Source of the DNA: Candidatus Eremiobacteria bacterium
Lineage (GTDB): Bacteria; Vulcanimicrobiota; Vulcanimicrobiia; Vulcanimicrobiales; Vulcanimicrobiaceae
DNA: 64,000 nt
Direction of reading: 5' to 3'
NCBI GenBank assembly: GCA_963737065.1
Contig: CAVTRC010000001.1
Coordinates: forward strand, 1,504,001-1,568,000
Shown here: positions 42,744-54,192 of the stretch, piece by piece
Position numbering within the stretch: the first letter of the stretch is position 1
Layout: each line of letters begins with the position of its first letter
Position numbers and translations under genes: made by a program
The notes under the pieces: model-generated
Database searches by the model: none
Seen by the model: the letters and a program-made list of their open reading frames with translations, nothing else
Told to the model about the DNA's origin: nothing

Positions 42744-44514
42744 TTAATACACGGGCGATCCCGGCGCGCCGGGTGCGACTGAGCCGTCGTCTGGGGCGAA
42801 GACCAGTCGAAGCGGATAACTCGACCCGGCCTCAGGCATGGTCACGATTGTAACACGAACGAAGCCGCGCGCGGGAACGACGTATTGGCGCACCTTGTAG
42901 CGGCTAAACGGCGGCGCGCGATGCGATTGCACGAGCACGTTATCGATCAGGTACGTGCCGGTCGCGCCGCCGCCGCGCGGGTTCTCGTAGATCGCGATGC
43001 GCTGCGGCGTCGAGAGCGGGTTCTGCACGTTCACGACAAACGACTCGAGCACGCCGTAATCGCCCGCGAGCGCCTCGCCCGCGAGCGTGTTCGGCAGTGG
43101 AATCTGCCCGATCGGTAACTCGAGATAATCATCGGTGACGTTCCACTGCGTCGCGAAGTGAGAACTCGGGAATCTTATAGATCCCGCGCGCGTGCTTGAC
43201 CGTGCTCGTCAGCAGCTGCCCGGTGGTGAGCGCGTTGTCCGGATTATCGGTTGCGTCTTGCGCGACGAGCGTTAAGTGAATGTTCGGGCCTTCCAGCACG
43301 CGCAGCTGCAACAGATTCGCGACGATCGAGCCCGCCGGTAATTCTTGTGTCGCGAGCACCTGCGTCGAATTGCCGCCGATCTGCACGAGCCGCCCTTGAT
43401 TCTGCACGACGTTGACGAGAAACGCTTTGGTCGCCGCGTGGCCGACCTCCATCTCGTTTCTCGTCGGGCCGCCGCGACCGTCGATGTACTGCACGGTTGC
43501 GGGATCGCCGGAATGATTCTCCGCAACGAGCACGATGCGGCGGTCTTTCTTCGCTCGGCGGATTGTAATGGAAGTAGAGGAAGCGCGACGGCACGCCGCG
43601 CTCCAAATCGGCGGAGAACAGAATGCCGTTCTGCGTCAACTTTTCGGGAAAGTCGCTGACCATCAGCACGTCGGGCGAGATGCGCGGCACGGCGATGTTC
43701 TGCACGTAGACGTGCGTGTTGCCCGTGACGCTGAAGTACTGCTCGCCTTGAACGAGCACCGGAACTTCGAGATTCTTCTCCATGTCCTGACGCAGCGGCG
43801 AACGGATATCGACGTCGTCTTGCGAGACGACGACTTGCGCGCCCGGTTGCGTCTGCGTGCGCCGCACGATCGTGCGCTGCACGAGATCGCGCACGTAATC
43901 CGCGTTTGCGGGATCGCCGGTGAGGCGCACCTCGATGTAATTCGGAATCACGCCGGCGTTGTACGCGACGCGCACGCCGGCTGCGGCGCTCACGCCGCGC
44001 GAATCGGTGACGGTGATTACCGTCGATCCCGGCGCTTTGCCGTAAACCGAAATCGTTTGGTCTTGTTGATTCGCGGTGACGGTGAGCACGTTCGGATCTT
44101 GCACCGTCGCGGTGAACTGACCGAACGCGCCGTTGATGCGCGCGGTTTGCGTCGAACCGACCGGCACTTGCAGCGTGCCGGGATTGATGGTGATCGGTGG
44201 CGGCGTCGGCGTCGCAGTCGGCGGCGGTGACGACGTTCGCCGTCGGAACCGGCGACGGCGAACCGCTCGGCGTGACGCTCGCACTTGGCGTGACGAGCGG
44301 CTGGCGTGACGCTCGCGCTCGGCGTGACGCTCTCACTTGGCATCGGCGTCGCAATGCCGGGTGGCGGTGTTTCCGTCGGCGGTGGAGGCGACGGCGATTC
44401 CGTAACGGGAGCAGCGAATGGCGTCGCCGATGCATACGGCGTCGGTTCCGTTTGTTGCGCGCGCGCTGAAGACGCCCAACTGAGGGCGGCTCCAACGCAG
44501 GCAACGAGCATCAA
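42744..44514 (-). CDS. Secreted protein with Pro/Thr linker, Ig-like domain and DUF3370-like C-terminus (frameshifted into four ORFs)
   Basis: Signal peptide ending ARA-Q; GKAPGSTVITVTD; MVSDFPEKLTQNGILF. Confidence 0.6.
44266..44341 (-). repeat. Short coding tandem repeat (about 18 nt, PSASVT-like)
   Basis: Four GGCGTGACG cores at about 18-nt spacing. Confidence 0.7.
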
Positions 44515-44560
44515 CGAGCGTGCAAGCGCGTGGTGCAGGTGCTAACTCCCGAGTAGCAAG

Positions 44561-44581
44561 TTTATCCTGAGCGTCGAAGGG
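44561..44581 (+). repeat. Shortened palindromic repeat copy downstream of recQ
   Basis: TTTATCCTGAGCGTCGAAGGG abutting the stop at 44582. Confidence 0.6.
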
Positions 44582-46269
44582 TTAGGCGATCTTCGCAGTC
44601 TTGGCGGGAGTTACTGCCGATGCGAGCAGCGTCTTGTATCCGACGTTCGGGAAGAGCACGGTCACCAAATCTTTTTCCGCGCGCTCGATCGTGCCGGTGC
44701 CGAACTTCGGATGCGTCACCACATCGGAGATGCGGAAACCGCTCGTCGAGAAAGCCGCCTTCGACGGGCTCGGACGATGTTTCATCGGTCGTCGCGGCCG
44801 TCGTTCCGCACGCGCCGCGCGTCGCGCGCAGGCAGTTATCGCACGTGCCGCAGTTCGACGTGTCGTAATCCTCGCCGAAGTAGTTGAGGATGAAGCGCCG
44901 GCGGCACGAGGCGTTCTCCGCATACTGCAGCATCATCGCGAGCTTCGATTGGTCGTACGACTTCTTCGTCTCGTAATTCGCGAGGCTCAACACCAGCTCG
45001 CGATTCTTGCGCACCGCTTCGGTCAGCTTGTACGCCGATTTGCCGGCCGTTTCGATGTAGCCGGATTTCTTGAGCAGCGCGAGGATGACTTTGAGCTTGG
45101 TGAGCGGCAGCTGCAGAATCTTGCGCAGATCGGTCATCGAGACGCCGTCTTCTTGATCGCCGAAGACTTCGATCGTGCCGAAGACGCGCTGCACTTCTTC
45201 GATGTCGGGATACTTGCCGGTGAGGAAGTAATTCTGCACGCGCGTATCGCTCATGCGATAGATGAGGATGCAGCGCGACTTCTCGCCGTCGCGTCCCGCG
45301 CGTCCGGCTTCTTGCGTGTAGGCTTCGAGCGAGCCCGGCAGATCGTAGTGCACGACGAAGCGGATGTTCGACTTGTCGATGCCGAGGCCAAAGGCGTTGG
45401 TCGCGACGACCGCGCGAATCGTCTCGTTCATGAAGCACTCGTGCACGAGCGTGCGATCTTCTTTATGCAGTTTCGAGTGGTACACCGCCGCCGGAATGTT
45501 CATCGTGTCGGTCAGGTACTTCTGCACTTCGAGCGCGTTCTTGATCGTCGCGGTGTAGATGATGCCGGTGCCTTCGAGCGTGTCGCGTCCGGTGAAGAGC
45601 TGCTGCAGAATCTTGAACTTGTCGGCTTCTTTGTCGGCCTTGCGCGCTTCGTACTGCAGGTTCGGCCGATCGAACCCTTTGACGATCGGCTTGACGTGCT
45701 CGATGCCGAGCTGATGCAGAATGTCTTCGCGCACGGCCGGCGTCGCGGTCGCGGTGAGCGCGAGCACCGTCGGATGCTGCAGCCGTTTGATCACCGCGCC
45801 GAGCGCGAGATAGGCGGGGCGGAAATCGTGTCCCCACTGCGAGATACAGTGCGCTTCATCGACGACGAAGAGCGGCACGTTGATCGATTGCAGCAGCTCG
45901 AGAAAGCTTTGATCTTCGAGCTTTTCCGGCGTCGTGTACGCGATCCTGAATCGTGCCTTGGCCGATACGCTCGCGCGCGACGATTTCTTGTTCTTCGGAG
46001 AGCGTGGAGTTGAGCGCGACGACGTCGGTGATGCCGCGTTCGCGCAGCATGTCGAGCTGATCTTTCATTAACGCGATCAGCGGCGAAACGACGACGGTGG
46101 TGCCTTCGAGCAAGAGCGCCGGCAGCTGATACGTCAGGCTTTTGCCCGCGCCGGTCGCGAGAATCGCGAGCGTATCGTGCCCCGCCAATATGCGGGAGAT
46201 CACTTCTTCTTGGCCCGGATAGAATTGCTCGAATCCGAACTTGTCCTGAAGGGCAGAACGCAAATCCAC
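44582..46269 (-). CDS. recQ: RecQ-family helicase with C-terminal Tudor-like domain (frameshifted)
   Basis: ATGAGKS, VDEAHCISQWGHDFRPAY, QEAGRAGRDG, CRR..CGTCDNC zinc site. Confidence 0.93.
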
Positions 46270-46392
46270 GACGAGTTTCTATAGCCTCCCCACCGATGAG
46301 CATAACCCATCGGTGGCGCGAGAAGCATTACTTATGCAATATGATTACCCCCGGGCAAGCGGAGCCAAACTGCTTGCCTCGAAGTCCCCCGG

Positions 46393-48091
46393 GTGTCCCT
46401 CTATCGAACCTGGCGCCCCAAGTCGTTCGCCGATTTGGTCGGCCAAGACGCCGTTGTCCGCACCTTAACGCACGCAATCGAAAGCGGAAAACTCGCCCAC
46501 GCCTACTTGTTTTCCGGACCGCGCGGTTCCGGGCAAAACATCCGCCGCCAAAATTCTGGCACGGTGCATCGACTGCGTCAACGGGCCAACGGCCCACCCC
46601 GATAATACGTGCGAAAATTGTGTTGCTATGCTCAACGGCACGGCCTTGGACGTGTTGGAGATCGACGCAGCCAGCAATCGCGGCATCGATGAAATTCGCG
46701 CGTTGCGCGATGCGGTGAAGTTTGCGCCGAGCGCGATGCGCATGAAAGTGTACATCATCGATGAAGCGCACATGCTCACCAAAGAAGGCGCCAACGCGTT
46801 TCTGAAAACGCTCGAAGAGCCGCCGCCGCACGCCGTCTTCATTTTGGCGACGACGGAACCCGAAAAGTTGCCGGTCACCATCCTCTCGCGTTGCCAGCGC
46901 TATGCATTCCGCCGCATTTCGATTCCCGTGATGATCGAGCGGATGCGCGAGATCGCAACGTACGAAGGGATCAAAATCGACGACGACGCGCTCGCAACAA
47001 TTGCCTATCGCGCCGACGGCGGATTGCGCGACGCGCTCACGATGCTCGAACAAGCCGCGGCGTTCGCCGAAGGCAAGGTAACGGCCGCGACGATCGACTT
47101 GGCATTCGGCGCAACGGGCCGCGGCTACGCAAACGAGTTGATCGACGCGGTGTTGGCGCGCGACGCGTCGTCGATGCTGCGCATCATCGAAGAAGCGAGC
47201 GACGCCGGCACCGATATGCAGGTGCTGATCCGCTCGTTGATCGCGATGTTCCGCAATTTGCTTGTTGCGCGGGTCGATGCGGAGTTGCTGGCGCGCGATT
47301 TGGCGCCGGAAGATGCGCAGCGCGCGACGGAACGCGCGCAAGGTGTCGCGCAGGCGACGATCGTGCGCGCGTTGCGCGTGTTGAGCGACGCCGCTTCACT
47401 GGCGCGCACGGGTGGAAATCCGCGGCTCGAGTTGGAGACGGCGCTGCTGCGGTTTGTGTTGTCGAGCGAAGATCCGACACTGGAGGCGCTTTCGGCGCGC
47501 GTCGCCGCGATCGAAGAAAACGGTGTCACCGCTGCACGCGGCGCTTCGTCTGAAAGCGCCGCCATGAGCGCAGCTCCGCCAGGGGCGGAGTCGACGACCA
47601 CCCACATCACGCGCACGCAAACCCGAACCCGTCCCCCATCCGCACACCGCAACCGCCACCCGAGATCCCGGATCCCGAACCGCGAACCGAAGCCGGCACC
47701 GCAAGCTGCACGCGCGAAGCCGAGCAACGGCCCCGTGACCGTGCAAAAAGTCCGCGCAGCCTGGACGAACATCCGCGGCAAAGCCGAACACGAACGCGCG
47801 TCGTTGCGCGCGCCACTCTCCGGCGCAATGGTCGACTCAATCGACAGCGACGGCAACCTCCTGCTCAAGCTGCGAAGCAAACTCGACCTCGACATCATGA
47901 AGGGCCACGTGGCGACGCTGGAATCCGCGATCGCCGACGTCCTCGGCTCACCGATCAAGGTTCGGCTCGAATCCGGCGGCGGTGCAGCGCCGAGCGCACC
48001 GGTTGAAGAAGAGAAGCCGCAATTCGAAGAGCCGGCCGAAGACGCCGACGTGCTCTTCAACTACGCTAACGAAAGAATCCGCGAACGATGA
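46393..48091 (+). CDS. dnaX: DNA polymerase III gamma/tau (frameshift near 46535)
   Basis: [50 protein letters not shown]. Confidence 0.95.
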
Positions 48092-48396
48092 ATCAAGCGC
48101 AATTGATGGCGCAAGTCAAAAAGATGCAAGCCGAAATGGTGAAGGCGCAAGAAGAACTCGCCACCACCGTCGTCACCGGCAGCGCCGCAAACGGCATCGT
48201 CACCGTCGAAATGACCTGCGATCAACGCATGAAGTCAATCAAAATCGGCAAAGACGCCGTCGACCCCGACGACATCGAAACGCTCGAAGACCTCGTTACC
48301 GTAGCCGTCAACGACGCACTAACAAAAGCCGGCGAAAAAGCCCAACAACGCATGGGCGGCCTAACCGGCGGCATGCGCATCCCAGGATTGATGTGA
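48088..48396 (+). CDS. ybaB: YbaB/EbfC nucleoid-associated protein
   Basis: AVDPDDIETLEDLV..AVNDA; between dnaX and recR. Confidence 0.95.
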   Translation: MNQAQLMAQVKKMQAEMVKAQEELATTVVTGSAANGIVTVEMTCDQRMKSIKIGKDAVDPDDIETLEDLVTVAVNDALTKAGEKAQQRMGGLTGGMRIPGLM

Positions 48397-48439
48397 CGAC
48401 TATCACTCGCGCGGAACCGATTGCGAACGCTTCGCACAG

Positions 48440-48480
48440 TGTCATCCTGAGCGAAGCGCCGAAGGCGCGTAGTCGAAGGA
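48440..48480 (+). repeat. Long-form palindromic repeat copy directly upstream of recR
   Basis: TGTCATCCTGAGC-GAAGCGCCGAAGGCGCGTA-GTCGAAGGA; GAAGGA lies 4 nt before ATG. Confidence 0.88.
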
Positions 48481-48484
48481 CCGT

Positions 48485-49096
48485 ATGCCATCAACTGGAT
48501 CAATTGCCGGGCCTGTTCAAGCCCTTATCAACGAATTCTCGAAACTCCCAACCGTCGGCCCTAAAACCGCTGCACGGTTGGTGTTTTATTTGCTGAATCG
48601 TCCGCGTCACGAAGCGCAATCGCTCGCTGAAGCGATCCTTGCAGTCAAAGACAAGGTTCGCTTCTGTTCGATTTGTTTTTCGCTGACGGAGCACGATCCG
48701 TGCGATATCTGCAGCGACGAACATCGCGATGCAACGACGATTTGCGTCGTTGCGGAGGCGAAGGACATCTACGCGATCGAACGCACTGGCGTGTTCAAGG
48801 GCCGCTATCACGTTCTCGGTGGGCTGATTTCGCCGATGGACGGCATCGGCGCTGCGCAGCTGCGCGTTAAAGAGCTTGATTGAGCGAATCGGCGCGAGAA
48901 CGCCGTCTCGAAATCATCATCGCAACAAATCCAAACGCTGAAGGTGAGGCGACGGCGCTTTACTTGTCGCGATTGCTTCAGCCGCTCGACGTTAGCAGTG
49001 AGCCGCTTAGCCTACGGATTGCCAATTGGCGGCGATCTGGATTATGCGGACGAAGTCACGTTAGCAAAAGCGCTTGAAGGGCGTCGAGCGATTTGA
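48485..49096 (+). CDS. recR: Recombination mediator RecR (frameshifts near 48880 and 49000)
   Basis: [13 protein letters not shown]4 finger, [34 protein letters not shown]. Confidence 0.95.
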
Positions 49097-49099
49097 CCG

Positions 49100-50066
49100 C
49101 TATCGAAATAGCGGAAGGTCACGCGCTCGCCGATTTAATGGGACGAGTTCATTGCCGCTCTGGGAAATAAAGGCAACGCCGTTCTCTTCGAGGATCGTCG
49201 AAACGAAGCTTGTTTCTCGATTCGGCGCACTTCCAATGCTAGCACTGGAAATGCGTCTTGCAGTTGCGCGCGATAGCGGACTTTATAGTCAAGGAGCTGC
49301 CCCAGCCCATACCTCATCTTATTCACCGCGTCGCGAAGATTAGTAACGCTCTTTGCCTCAATCAGCTCGCGGTGTCCAGGGAATTCGACGACGAGATCAA
49401 GGTGATTGTTATACCAGAACCAGCCCCCTTTTTGTTTGACTTGCCTTCCTATCTTACGCAGGACGTTTTGATGATCTGCGCGAGCGCGCTCCTGCAACGC
49501 TGCTGATTCCTGACCGTCGAGCTTTCGATCGGGGTTCGGCACGTAGCCCGCACCCGGTGGGATTTCTTGAATCCTTCGAATGCCGTCTATCGGCGGCGTG
49601 ACGGCCGGACCGAGGTAGATTCCATTGCTGATTTCTTCGGTGCTTGGTAGAAGCGATATGCCGGCTGAGGAAACATCCGCTGCTGCAAGTATCCGCTGGT
49701 ATGTAATGTCGCTGAGGCGCGGACGGCAGAAACACCTTGGATCGGTCGATGCGACTCCGTCTCGTAATACCGCCCAAACTGGTCGCGCAACGGAACAAGG
49801 ATGGGGAACACTTCGTATTTCAATAAGGGAACGAATCGGTGCTTTTCATCGTCTAAATCTTCAAATGGGACGCCGAGGATTCCGTGACCAAAATAGTGAG
49901 ACGCATCAGGACGTGGGCGCCGTTTCCCCGCCGGCCGATAGTAGATGAATCGATCATACGGAACGATCCGCGAAAAGTATATGCGCGGATAGTGATAGAG
50001 CGAGCCCTCTGCATCCTTATAGATCCGCTCGCCAGGCTCAAAAATTTGTGAAAGGACGACGGGCAC
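49100..50066 (-). CDS. Putative restriction-type endonuclease: PUA/EVE-like N-domain plus PD-(D/E)xK C-domain (frameshifted)
   Basis: YKD..G..YHYP..DRFIYYR..YFGHG; HLDL..LIEAKS..RYGLGQLLDY; ORFs 49587-50066 and 49135-49542 join. Confidence 0.68.
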
Positions 50067-50141
50067 GCTTACTTCTTCCCCCGAGCGCGCTTACGGCCTC
50101 TAAAAGCTTATTAGTCGCATCGCTGCTCGGACGTTGAACTG

Positions 50142-50501
50142 CTACAGCTCATTGTATTTCTTCGCAGAGCCTCGAACGCGCGCGGTTGGATATTTTGTTC
50201 TGTTTTTTTCGAGCTTTTTTAGCAGGGACGTTCCGAGATCAATCTGCCAGTCATGGCTCATCAGGAGCAGCCAGTAGAAGATGTCGGCCATCTCATCGGA
50301 CAGGCCTTCGCGGTTAGCATTGAGGTAGTGTTCGTCTGTCTGATCAACCCACTGAAAGAGTTCCAGCAACTCCGAGGCTTCGAGCGAAAGGGAGATTGCT
50401 ACATCTTTCGCATTATGAAATTGTTTCCAGTCTCGCTCGTCGCGGAAGGCAATGACCGCCTCCGTTAGTGATGCGAGAGTGGGCGTTTGCGTGTCGCTCA
50501 T
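50142..50501 (-). CDS. MazG-like nucleotide pyrophosphohydrolase
   Basis: FRDERDWKQFHNAKD..EASELLELFQW..DEMAD..KYP. Confidence 0.93.
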   Translation of the reverse strand: MSDTQTPTLASLTEAVIAFRDERDWKQFHNAKDVAISLSLEASELLELFQWVDQTDEHYLNANREGLSDEMADIFYWLLLMSHDWQIDLGTSLLKKLEKNRTKYPTARVRGSAKKYNEL

Positions 50502-50522
50502 GAACGTGAGGTACGAGGCCAG

Positions 50523-52409
50523 GTGCAGCTTTACTGCGGACTAACGCCAGACTTCATACAAATCGAGGCGCAACGTCAAATTGTACGGCGCTTAGGGGTC
50601 AGCTTTTTCGAGTACTATCGCTATGAGCCGTCAGAATCCGAGAAGCGCTCTTGGCACAACTCGCTTCATGCGTTGAGCGCGCAGCTTAAGCGATCAAACT
50701 TCCTCAACCACGGGATTATCGTCGAGATGCAGCTTCCGCTCACCTCGCGCCGGATTGACTGCATGCTGACCGGGCACGATAGAGATGGCGCTCAACAAGC
50801 AGTACTCATCGAGCTCAAGCAGTGGACTGACGCAGCGCCAGCGGAGGAAGACCTGTGCGTGGAGGTACTTTATGGCGCAGGGGTTCGCACACAGCCTCAT
50901 CCGTCGGTCCAAGCCCGCGATTACGCTGAATATTTACGGCAGTACCGGTCGGCATTCTATGAAGACCCGACAGTTGCGCTCAGTCCGTGCGCATGGCTTC
51001 ACAACTTTCAGCATGACCCAGACTCGACTCTATTGGATCACACGAAGTTTGGTGCGGTCCTCGACGACGTCCCGCTTTTCGCAGCTAATGACAGCGACGC
51101 GTTCGGATCGTTCCTAGAGGATAGAATCGGACCTGGAAAAGGCGAGCCCGTGCTCAATCGTATCGTCAACAGCCGCTATGCACCTAGTAAGAAACTGATG
51201 GAACATACCGCGGCGGTCATCCAAGGGCGACGTGAGTACACGTTGTTAGACGAGCAGCTCGTTGCGTACGAGAAGATTATGCTCGCTTCACGAAAAGCGA
51301 CGAGGAGCAAAGCGCCGCGCACCGTCATCATCGTAGAGGGTGGCCCCGGAACCGGAAAATCTGTTATCGCCCTCAATGTGATGGCCGACTTGCTGAAAGA
51401 TGGAAAGAACGTTCAGCACGCTACTGGGTCGAAAGCGTTCACAGAAAATCTTCGCAACACGCTTGGCTCGAGAGCCGCGTATCAGTTTCGCTATTTCAAC
51501 AGCTTCGTAGATGCAGAGCAAGCAGAAATCGACGTGCTGATCTGCGACGAAGCGCACCGCGTTCGTGAGTCGAGCAACAATCGCTTCACGGCTAAGGGGC
51601 GGCGCTCCACGATGCCTCAAATCGAAGAGCTCATCTCTGCCTCAAGGGTTACTGCATTCTTCATCGACAACCAGCAGGTCGTTCGCCCCGGTGAAATCGG
51701 TTCAACAGCCGTCATCAGAGAAGCTGCTCAAACGCTCGGTGCGAGAGTCGTTGAGGAACGACTGGAAGCGCAGTTCCGTTGCGCGGGGTCCGACGAGTAC
51801 ATCGACTGGGTCGATGGGCTGCTTGGCATCCGCGAGACGGACGTCGAGCGATATGATGTGTCGAATAACTTTCAGTTTCGGATGTTCGACTCGCCAGAAT
51901 CGCTTGACGACGAAATCCGGCGGCGCGCGGCCGACGGACAATCGGCGCGTCTAACTGCTGGATTCTGCTGGCCTTGGTCTAACCCTGAAGGCGGAAGGCT
52001 TGTCGAGGACGTCGCTATCGGGTCGTTCGCGAAGCCTTGGAACGCAAAACCGGATGCCGGGCGGCTTCCGATTGGCGTGCCCAAGTCGAACTTCTGGGCC
52101 ACGGATGCAAACGGCATAAATCAAGTTGGTTGTGTCTACACCGCGCAAGGCTTTGAGTTTGATTATGTCGGGGTGATTTGGGGTCGCGACCTGATTGTTC
52201 GCAATGGTGAATGGGTTGCCGACCGACGTGCGTCTTTTGACATGGCGGTGAGACGCGCGAAAGATGAGCACTTCAAGGTGCTTGTAAAAAATACATACCG
52301 CGTCCTTCTCACTCGTGGTTTGAAGGGTTGTTTCGTCTTCTTTCAAGACGCAGAGACGCGTTCGTTTTTCGAGAGTCATCTTGAAGCATACCAAAGCAGA
52401 GGTCATTGA
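50523..52409 (+). CDS. DUF2075 (Schlafen group 3-like) helicase with N-terminal PD-(D/E)xK domain
   Basis: RIDCML..LIELKQW; GGPGTGKS; DEAH; VGCVYTAQGFEFDYVGV; YRVLLTRG; GTG at 50523 preferred as start. Confidence 0.9.
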   Translation: MQLYCGLTPDFIQIEAQRQIVRRLGVSFFEYYRYEPSESEKRSWHNSLHALSAQLKRSNFLNHGIIVEMQLPLTSRRIDCMLTGHDRDGAQQAVLIELKQWTDAAPAEEDLCVEVLYGAGVRTQPHPSVQARDYAEYLRQYRSAFYEDPTVALSPCAWLHNFQHDPDSTLLDHTKFGAVLDDVPLFAANDSDAFGSFLEDRIGPGKGEPVLNRIVNSRYAPSKKLMEHTAAVIQGRREYTLLDEQLVAYEKIMLASRKATRSKAPRTVIIVEGGPGTGKSVIALNVMADLLKDGKNVQHATGSKAFTENLRNTLGSRAAYQFRYFNSFVDAEQAEIDVLICDEAHRVRESSNNRFTAKGRRSTMPQIEELISASRVTAFFIDNQQVVRPGEIGSTAVIREAAQTLGARVVEERLEAQFRCAGSDEYIDWVDGLLGIRETDVERYDVSNNFQFRMFDSPESLDDEIRRRAADGQSARLTAGFCWPWSNPEGGRLVEDVAIGSFAKPWNAKPDAGRLPIGVPKSNFWATDANGINQVGCVYTAQGFEFDYVGVIWGRDLIVRNGEWVADRRASFDMAVRRAKDEHFKVLVKNTYRVLLTRGLKGCFVFFQDAETRSFFESHLEAYQSRGH

Positions 52410-52497
52410 AGCGCACTCGCGCAGCTTTCATGTGCCGTTAACCTAATTCACCAATCGCACTCAACCGCTAGCGCGAGAATGGCATCGGAGGAATCTG

Positions 52498-54113
52498 ATG
52501 TCTACTCAATCGCTTACCGCCCCTCGAGGGCTTCCAGAGATCGGCCGGTCGCTCGGCAGAGCCTTTAGCAACATTCCGCGATGGCTGCTCATCGCGCTCG
52601 CGGCGCTCGTGATCGTGGGCCTGATCGCAGGCACGGTCATTTCGCGCACGCAGAGCGCGACGCAGGTCGTCACCGCTCCGGTCGTCCGTCAGACGCTGAC
52701 GCAGTCCGTAACCGCGTCCGGTACGGTGAACGCGCAAAACAGCGTTACCGTCGGCAGCCAAGTTTCGGGAACGATCTCGCAGCTCTACGCCGACTACAAC
52801 TCAAAGGTCAAACAAGGCCAAGTCCTCGCGCGCATCGATCCGAGCAACTTCCAAGCGCAGCTCGCGAAAGATGAAGCCGCTCTCGCGCAAGCGCAGGCGC
52901 AAGCCGGCGAAGCCGCCGCAAACGCCAACGGCGCGGGCGCGGGCGTAACCGTCGCGCAGGCAAACGCGAACGCGCAAGAAGCCGCCGCAAACGCCGCCAA
53001 GACGAACATCGCCAAGGCGCAATCAGCACTGACGCTCGCGCAGCAACAGCTCGCGCGCGATCAACAGTTGCTCGCGCAAGGCTACATCGCGCAAGCAACG
53101 GTGCAGAGCGGATCAGTCGACGGTCGCGCAAGACGAATCGGCCGTAGCCCAGGCACAAGCCGCCTACGCGCAAGCGCAAGCGCAAGCGCAGGCGAGCAAC
53201 GCAACGATCGGACAAAACGGTTCGACCGCGCAAGCGCAAGCCGCAAGCGCAGACGCTGCGCAAGCCGCCGTGCAAGCCGCGGAAGCCACCGTGCAAACGG
53301 ATAAACTCAATCTCGAACACACCGTCATCACCTCGCCGGTGAACGGTACGGTCGTCTCGCGCGCCGTGTCGGTCGGTCAGACGGTTGCCGCATCGCTGCA
53401 AGCGCCGACGCTCTTCACGATCGCGCAAGACCTCTCCAAGATGGAAGTCGACATCAACGTCGGCGAGCCGGATATCGGCGGCGTGAAACCGGGCGATACG
53501 GTTGACTTCACGGTGCTCGCGTACCCGAACCAAACGTTCCACGGCACCGTGCAACAGGTTCGCATCAATCCGCAAACCGTGAACAACGTCGTAACGTATG
53601 ATGTCGTCGTCGACGTCAACAACAAGGACAACAAGTTGCTTCCGGGCATGACGGCCAACGCGACGATCAACGTCGCGAGCTCGCCGAACGCCCTCGTGGT
53701 TCCGCTCACCGCACTGCACACGCGTAGCGCCCTTCGACAGGCTCAGGGTGACACGGGGGCGGCTCAAGGTGACACGGCGAGCGCACAACCGCAAGCCGCC
53801 GGCGCATCGCAGTCGCCGTGGGGCGGCACGGCGGGCACGAGCAGCGGCAGCATCGCGACGGGACAAACGGCGTCGCTGATGGTGCAACGCGCGGGCAAAC
53901 TGCAACGCGTGAAGGTCCAAGTCGGACTCGTCACCGCCACGCAGGCGGCGGTAACGCCGACCGACGGCAGCACGCTCAGCGAAGGTGACAACGTCGTCAC
54001 AGCATTCAGCGGAACGCGCAGCGGCAGCGGTAAGAACGGCCAAAACGCGCCAGTCGCGCAGCCCGCTTCAGGGCGGCGGCGCCCCGCGTGGCGCAATGCG
54101 CGGCATGCCGTAA
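52498..54113 (+). CDS. MacA-like efflux periplasmic adaptor (frameshifted)
   Basis: VGSQVSGTI..DYNS.VK.GQ; ITSPVNG; GQTVAASLQAPTLF; LLPGMTAN. Confidence 0.9.
53730..53774 (-). repeat. Palindromic repeat copy plus partial tandem copy, in-frame in the adaptor gene
   Basis: CCCTTCGACAGGCTCAGGGTGACA then GGCTCAAGGTGACA; reads ALRQAQGDTGAAQGDT. Confidence 0.85.
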
Positions 54114-54115
54114 CG

Positions 54116-54137
54116 CTTCGACAGGCTCAGGGTGACA
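54116..54137 (-). repeat. Palindromic repeat copy just after the adaptor gene
   Basis: CTTCGACAGGCTCAGGGTGACA. Confidence 0.85.
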
Positions 54138-54192
54138 CTGAGTACGCCATCAGCAATCGGGCGAAGCGCATGCGCGTGGGTATGCTGCGCGA

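Noticed and set aside
46270..46392. SRP RNA or tRNA upstream of dnaX
   Set aside because: Only a simple hairpin (CCACCGATG/CATCGGTGG) is seen; no SRP domain IV motif or cloverleaf.
46500..46630. Programmed ribosomal frameshift in dnaX
   Set aside because: The shift is in the Walker A region, not after domain III, and matches the window-wide indel pattern.
7502..47341. Long antisense or alternate-frame ORFs (e.g. 7502-8971, 20809-21957, 22974-24176, 44601-46013, 46328-47341)
   Set aside because: Shadow ORFs of high-GC genes; Arg-rich and lacking family motifs.
50487..50522. Upstream TTG start for DUF2075 overlapping the MazG-like gene
   Set aside because: GTG at 50523 gives a more plausible N-terminus (MQLY.G) without head-to-head overlap.
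52850..53290. GCGCAA-rich tandem repeats
   Set aside because: They encode the Ala/Gln coiled coil of the efflux adaptor.
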